Below, in pieces: positions 60,209 to 64,000 of a stretch of DNA of 64,000 nt (the first letter of the stretch is position 1; each line of letters opens with the position of its first letter). The DNA is taken from NCBI GenBank assembly GCA_025963715.1, contig JAOQAG010000026.1, positions 80,327-144,326 on the forward strand, read 5' to 3'. The stretch comes from Bacteroidota bacterium (GTDB lineage Bacteria; Bacteroidota; Bacteroidia; 2-12-FULL-35-15). A model generated the notes under the pieces. It searched no databases. It was not told the DNA's origin and saw nothing but the letters and a program-made list of their open reading frames with translations. A program made the translations under genes and the position numbers.

Positions 60209-60431
60209 AACACACCTCCTGTTTCTTTAAAAGCGTTTAACAATAAATTAAGAACTGAGTGGTTTAACGCCTCAATAAAACAAAGGGTTACAGAAATGAG
60301 GATAAAAGTGGTGGATTTTATTTTGGGAGAGATGAAATTGAGGAATGAATGGATGAAAGGGGAGGGTTTAAAATAGGCCGCAGACAAGGAAAAAAAGAAA
60401 TAGGCAAAGGGCAGTTGGCAGTAGACAAAAA

Positions 60432-61279
60432 TAATTTGAATGAATTTATCTTCTAACTTTTTGAAGGCAAAATTTACAATCCCGCACGTGCGGGACGACC
60501 TTGTAAGGTAATTTCTTCTTCCGCTATCGCTCAGAAGAACCGCGGATAAATAATCGCCAGTACACGTCATTCTTAATTTGATAAAATTAAATGTTACTTT
60601 TCTCAATATTGATCACGGGGCGATTTTTTACCGCTATTACTGAAGAAGGCCAAAAGCGCCAACCCGGGTAAGTATTTTTTTTAATAATGATTGCTGTGCC
60701 GTGGGTTTACAGTGCGTGATAACGCACATAAACGAAATGATAAATTTGGACTATGATCAGATCATAACAAAATCATAAGTCGCCACAGGCGATCTTTTTT
60801 ACATCGTAAAAATCATTTTTGATCTGCGTTCCAATACACAGCATTTAAATGCAGATTACTATTCATTTTTTCTTCTAACTTTTTGGCGGCCAAAAAGTAA
60901 CAATCCCGCACGTGCGGGACGATCTTGTAATGCAATTTCTTCTTCCGCTAACGCTCAGAAGAACCGCGGTGAATGATCGCCAATTAATTCTCGGTATTGA
61001 TTGGATACATGCGAAAACATTTTTTTGTTTCTGGAATATTCGTCCGGCGATCTTTCCCGCTATTGCTGCACAAGATCAAAAACGTCAACCCGGGTGAACA
61101 TTGTTTTTAATAATGATTGCAGTTCTGCGGGTTTACAGTGCGTGATAACGCACATAAACTAAATGATAAATTTGGACTATGATCAAATCATAACAAAATC
61201 ATAAGTCGCCACAGGCAATCTCTTTGAGCATCATAAAAATCATGTTTGATCTGCGTTCCGATACACAGCATGGAACGTT
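60432..61279 (+). repeat. Two tandem copies (60432-60855, 60856-61279) of a ~424-bp noncoding element, with a third, inverted copy at 1030-1440
   Basis: Collinear, ~85-90% identical units. Each holds a CCCGCACGTGCGGG palindrome, ttcttcttccgct..cgctcagaagaacc, a GTGCGTGATAACGCAC hairpin, a -7-like TAAATTTG (60741-48; 61167-74), a TATGATC-a-GATCATA hairpin, and a TCGCC-aca-GGCGA + TCTTTTTT terminator (intact in copy B at 60780-60800, decayed in copy C). Confidence 0.8.
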
Positions 61280-61295
61280 CTTACGGAGATGCAAA

Positions 61296-63416
61296 TTAAA
61301 CGCGGACGCCGATCACAACTACATCGTCGATTTGTTCCAATCCGCCTTTCCAGGTATCGAATGCATTTTCGATGACGTTGCGTTGTTCTTCAACCGGGAG
61401 CTGAGCTACATCCAGCAGCAATTCTTTGAGCTTGTTGTATTTGAATTTTTTCCCTTTGGAACCGCCAAACTGATCGGCATAACCATCGCTGTATAAATAA
61501 ATGCAATCGCCTTTTTGAAGCTGAATGGTGTGGTTGGTGTATTCATCCACTTTGTCATCAATGTTGACCCCGATCGGAAATTTATCGGCTTTTATTTCTT
61601 TTAAAATTCCATTGCTTACATAATACAAGGAATTAAATGCACCTGCATATTGCAGCTCTAATGTTTTTTTGTTGAGTGAACAAAGCGAAAGATCCATTCC
61701 GTCCTTCACTCCTTTTCCTTCTTCCGACTGGCGCAATGTTTTGGTAACGCCTGCATCAAGGTGTTTTAAGATCTCGGATGGTTTTACCAAATTGACTTCA
61801 TTGATGGCTTGTGTCAATAAATTAAACCCGACCACACTCATTAAGGCTCCGGGTACACCGTGGCCGGTACAATCAACGGCGGCAAAACATACGATGTCGT
61901 TTTTTTGTTCGATCCAGTAAAAATCGCCGCTGACAATATCCTTTGGCCGGTAAAAAATAAAGCTGTCGGGTAATAATTTATTCCATGTTTCAGTTGGCGG
62001 AAGAATGGATTCCTGGATGCGTTTCGCGTAATTAATACTGTCGGTGATCTCTTTTTTCTGTTGCGTGATCTCGGTATTGCGATGCTCCAGTAACTGATTT
62101 GTTTTTTGCTTTAAGCGGGAACGGTTGTAAAACAAAATAGCGATCGCGAAGATCAATAAAATGGCAATACCCAATACACTCATCCACAATTTAAATTCAG
62201 TACGGTTTTTTGTGATCTGCAACGACTGGATCTCTCCATTTTTATTCAGTAATTCAATTTCCTTTTGTTTTTTATCACTTTCGTATTTTGTTTGCATTTC
62301 ATTCAGCTGCTGTGAAGTTGCCACATTGAGGATCGAATCTTTTACCTGGATCAGCAGGTTTTGATATTCGTATGCTTTTTCATAATTTTTTTGTGCGGCA
62401 TAGATCAATGCCAGCGCTTCGTAGCCATTCCTGATCAGGTCTTTTGTACCCATCTTCTTAGACATCTCCAGCGCCTTGTTGATATTCTCGATTCCCTGCG
62501 CGTATAATTTGCGGTTGTAATAATTTGTACCCAGACTGTAAAGACTGATGCACAAATTATAATTATCTTTCATGTTCTCTCTCAGCTTCAGCGCTTCTAC
62601 AAAATAAGGAAATGCCTTATCGTAAAGATGCTCCGCTTCGTACACATTACCAATGTTATTTAATGTAAGCGATTCTCCGGTAATGTCATTATTCGCTTTT
62701 CTTACTTCGAGCGCTTTTGAATAATATTCCAAACTTTTTTCATAATCGCCTTTGAGCTTGTACACCATGGCAATGTTGTGCAGCGAATTTCCAACACCTT
62801 TTTTATTACCTACTTCTTCCTTTATTTTCATGGAACGATTGTAATACTCAAGCGCCTGATCGTACTGGTTTAAATTTTTATAGATCAGTCCTACATTGTT
62901 CAATGTGCTCGCGAGCTGCCATTTATTTCCGCCCGCTTCTTCGGAAAGTTTCAGGGCTTTGAGATAATAACCAAGCGCTTTCTGATAATCCGCTCTGTCG
63001 TCGTAAACTAAGCCAATGTTGTTAAGCGTTTTTGCTAATTTTTCTTTGTTGTGCGTTTTTGTTGCCAGGTCAAATGATTTTGCATATAGTGCTAACGCCT
63101 GATCATAATGCGCCTGGTAATATTGTGCAAGCCCAAGCAGCAGGTACGAGCTCATTTCTTCGACTGTATCATTTAATTTGATGGCCTGGCCCAGGGCCTG
63201 GTTTGCATATTGTGTTGCTTTATCGGGAGCATCGGAAGTATACTCGGATGCGATCACATTGAGGATGCGGATACGTGTGGTATCAACGGTAACAGTAGGT
63301 AATAATTTTTGGAGGCTGTCGATTATTTTATCTGACTTTTGCGCAGCGGAAGGTGTGCTCCAAAGAAGAACCGTGCAAATAAAAAATAATAAATAGTTGT
63401 ATTTATTCCGCATCAT
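61296..63416 (-). CDS. TPR-repeat / single TM / SpoIIE-family (PP2C) protein phosphatase
   Basis: 706 aa. Signal peptide. ~8 TPRs. TM helix (WMSVLGIAILLIFAIAILFY). C-terminal PP2C/SpoIIE domain with DCTGHGVPGALMS and the …DGYADQFGG… aspartates. Confidence 0.85.
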   Translation of the reverse strand: MMRNKYNYLLFFICTVLLWSTPSAAQKSDKIIDSLQKLLPTVTVDTTRIRILNVIASEYTSDAPDKATQYANQALGQAIKLNDTVEEMSSYLLLGLAQYYQAHYDQALALYAKSFDLATKTHNKEKLAKTLNNIGLVYDDRADYQKALGYYLKALKLSEEAGGNKWQLASTLNNVGLIYKNLNQYDQALEYYNRSMKIKEEVGNKKGVGNSLHNIAMVYKLKGDYEKSLEYYSKALEVRKANNDITGESLTLNNIGNVYEAEHLYDKAFPYFVEALKLRENMKDNYNLCISLYSLGTNYYNRKLYAQGIENINKALEMSKKMGTKDLIRNGYEALALIYAAQKNYEKAYEYQNLLIQVKDSILNVATSQQLNEMQTKYESDKKQKEIELLNKNGEIQSLQITKNRTEFKLWMSVLGIAILLIFAIAILFYNRSRLKQKTNQLLEHRNTEITQQKKEITDSINYAKRIQESILPPTETWNKLLPDSFIFYRPKDIVSGDFYWIEQKNDIVCFAAVDCTGHGVPGALMSVVGFNLLTQAINEVNLVKPSEILKHLDAGVTKTLRQSEEGKGVKDGMDLSLCSLNKKTLELQYAGAFNSLYYVSNGILKEIKADKFPIGVNIDDKVDEYTNHTIQLQKGDCIYLYSDGYADQFGGSKGKKFKYNKLKELLLDVAQLPVEEQRNVIENAFDTWKGGLEQIDDVVVIGVRV

Positions 63417-64000
63417 ATTTTTATTCCTATTACTAAAATATCATCTACCTGCTCTGCATTTCCCTGCCATTTTTCGATCGCCGTTTTTAATGTATCGCCT
63501 TGTTGCTCCATTGGCTGATCCTGAATTTGCATGAGCAAGTCCTGGAAACGTTTTACCATGAATTTTTTTCCTTTTTCACCGCCAAACTGATCGGCATAAC
63601 CATCGGTTGACATATAAATACAATCACCTTTGAGTATTTTAATTTCGTTATTAATAAATTTCCGTTCCGATTCCTGATCGCCTCCGATCGGTGATTTCGT
63701 TGGCTTGATCTCCTCCAGCACATTATTCCTGACAAGGTACAAGGGCCGGTTGGCACCTGCAAATTCCAGGATCCCGTTTGGCAGGTCAATCGAGCAAAGC
63801 GCAATATCCATCCCGTCATGTGTTTCTGTTTGTTCAAGATCCTGCTTTAACGATTGACGTACACGTTCGTGTAACAAATTTAATACATCTGATGGTTTCC
63901 TGATGCCTTTTTCGTTCACAATTTCATTCAAAATCGTGTTTCCGATCATGCTCATAAAAGCTCCGGGTACACCGTGACCGGTACAATCCACGCAGGCAAT
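63413..64000 (-). CDS. SpoIIE-family (PP2C) phosphatase domain protein, 3' portion; the gene continues beyond the window end
   Basis: The frame is open to the window edge (…IACVDCTGHGVPGAFMSMIGN…). The PP2C domain is homologous to the two neighbours. The stop overlaps the start of the next gene by 4 nt (ATGA). Confidence 0.8.
   Translation of the reverse strand: MACVDCTGHGVPGAFMSMIGNTILNEIVNEKGIRKPSDVLNLLHERVRQSLKQDLEQTETHDGMDIALCSIDLPNGILEFAGANRPLYLVRNNVLEEIKPTKSPIGGDQESERKFINNEIKILKGDCIYMSTDGYADQFGGEKGKKFMVKRFQDLLMQIQDQPMEQQGDTLKTAIEKWQGNAEQVDDILVIGIKI

Noticed and set aside
5283-61279. CRISPR array, given the many short repeats
   Set aside because: The repeats are not regularly spaced with unique spacers. 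They belong to several unrelated families scattered in different intergenic regions. No cas genes are present.
1-64000. tRNA/rRNA genes
   Set aside because: No cloverleaf-compatible sequences (such as GGTTCGAATCC T-arm motifs) or rRNA-like conserved stretches were seen in any intergenic gap.

Overview
This looks like a chromosomal segment from a member of Bacteroidota. Evidence: T9SS components and both CTD types, the alternative complex III act cluster, and TTG/TAnnTTTG-type promoters. GC is moderate, roughly 40-45% by eye.

Most of the window is core housekeeping:
- hrpB 3' end, an M16 peptidase pair, an ECF sigma/anti-sigma pair, PorP/SprF, glyQS.
- nrdB-nrdA, rlmF, xth, an OppA-like binding protein.
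- rimP-nusA-infB.
- A complete alternative complex III cluster (actABCDEF) followed by coxB-coxA.

Two accessory islands stand out:
- 10.2-13.8 kb: a three-gene operon. A small T9SS type-A CTD protein is followed by two paralogous secreted collagen-like (Gly-X-Y) proteins. The first ends in an apparently intact amicyanin/plastocyanin-like blue-copper (cupredoxin) domain. The second ends in a BclA/C1q-like jelly-roll domain.
- 54.3-64.0 kb: a SprB-repeat/PKD adhesin with a T9SS type-B CTD, flanked by three paralogous TPR-TM-SpoIIE(PP2C) phosphatase genes. One is frameshifted and one is cut by the window edge. A 424-bp noncoding element lies in tandem duplicate in the adhesin's upstream region, with a third, inverted copy at 1.0-1.4 kb.

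Intergenic DNA carries several short repeat families (MITE-like hairpins, AACTTTRAACTTTGAACT arrays, cacagattcgt... modules, ctttgcggttaaacaca modules). No tRNA, rRNA or CRISPR array was recognised. I found no canonical defence or novel enzymatic system. The most unusual items are the collagen-cupredoxin fusion and the repeat/sRNA-like elements around the adhesin.
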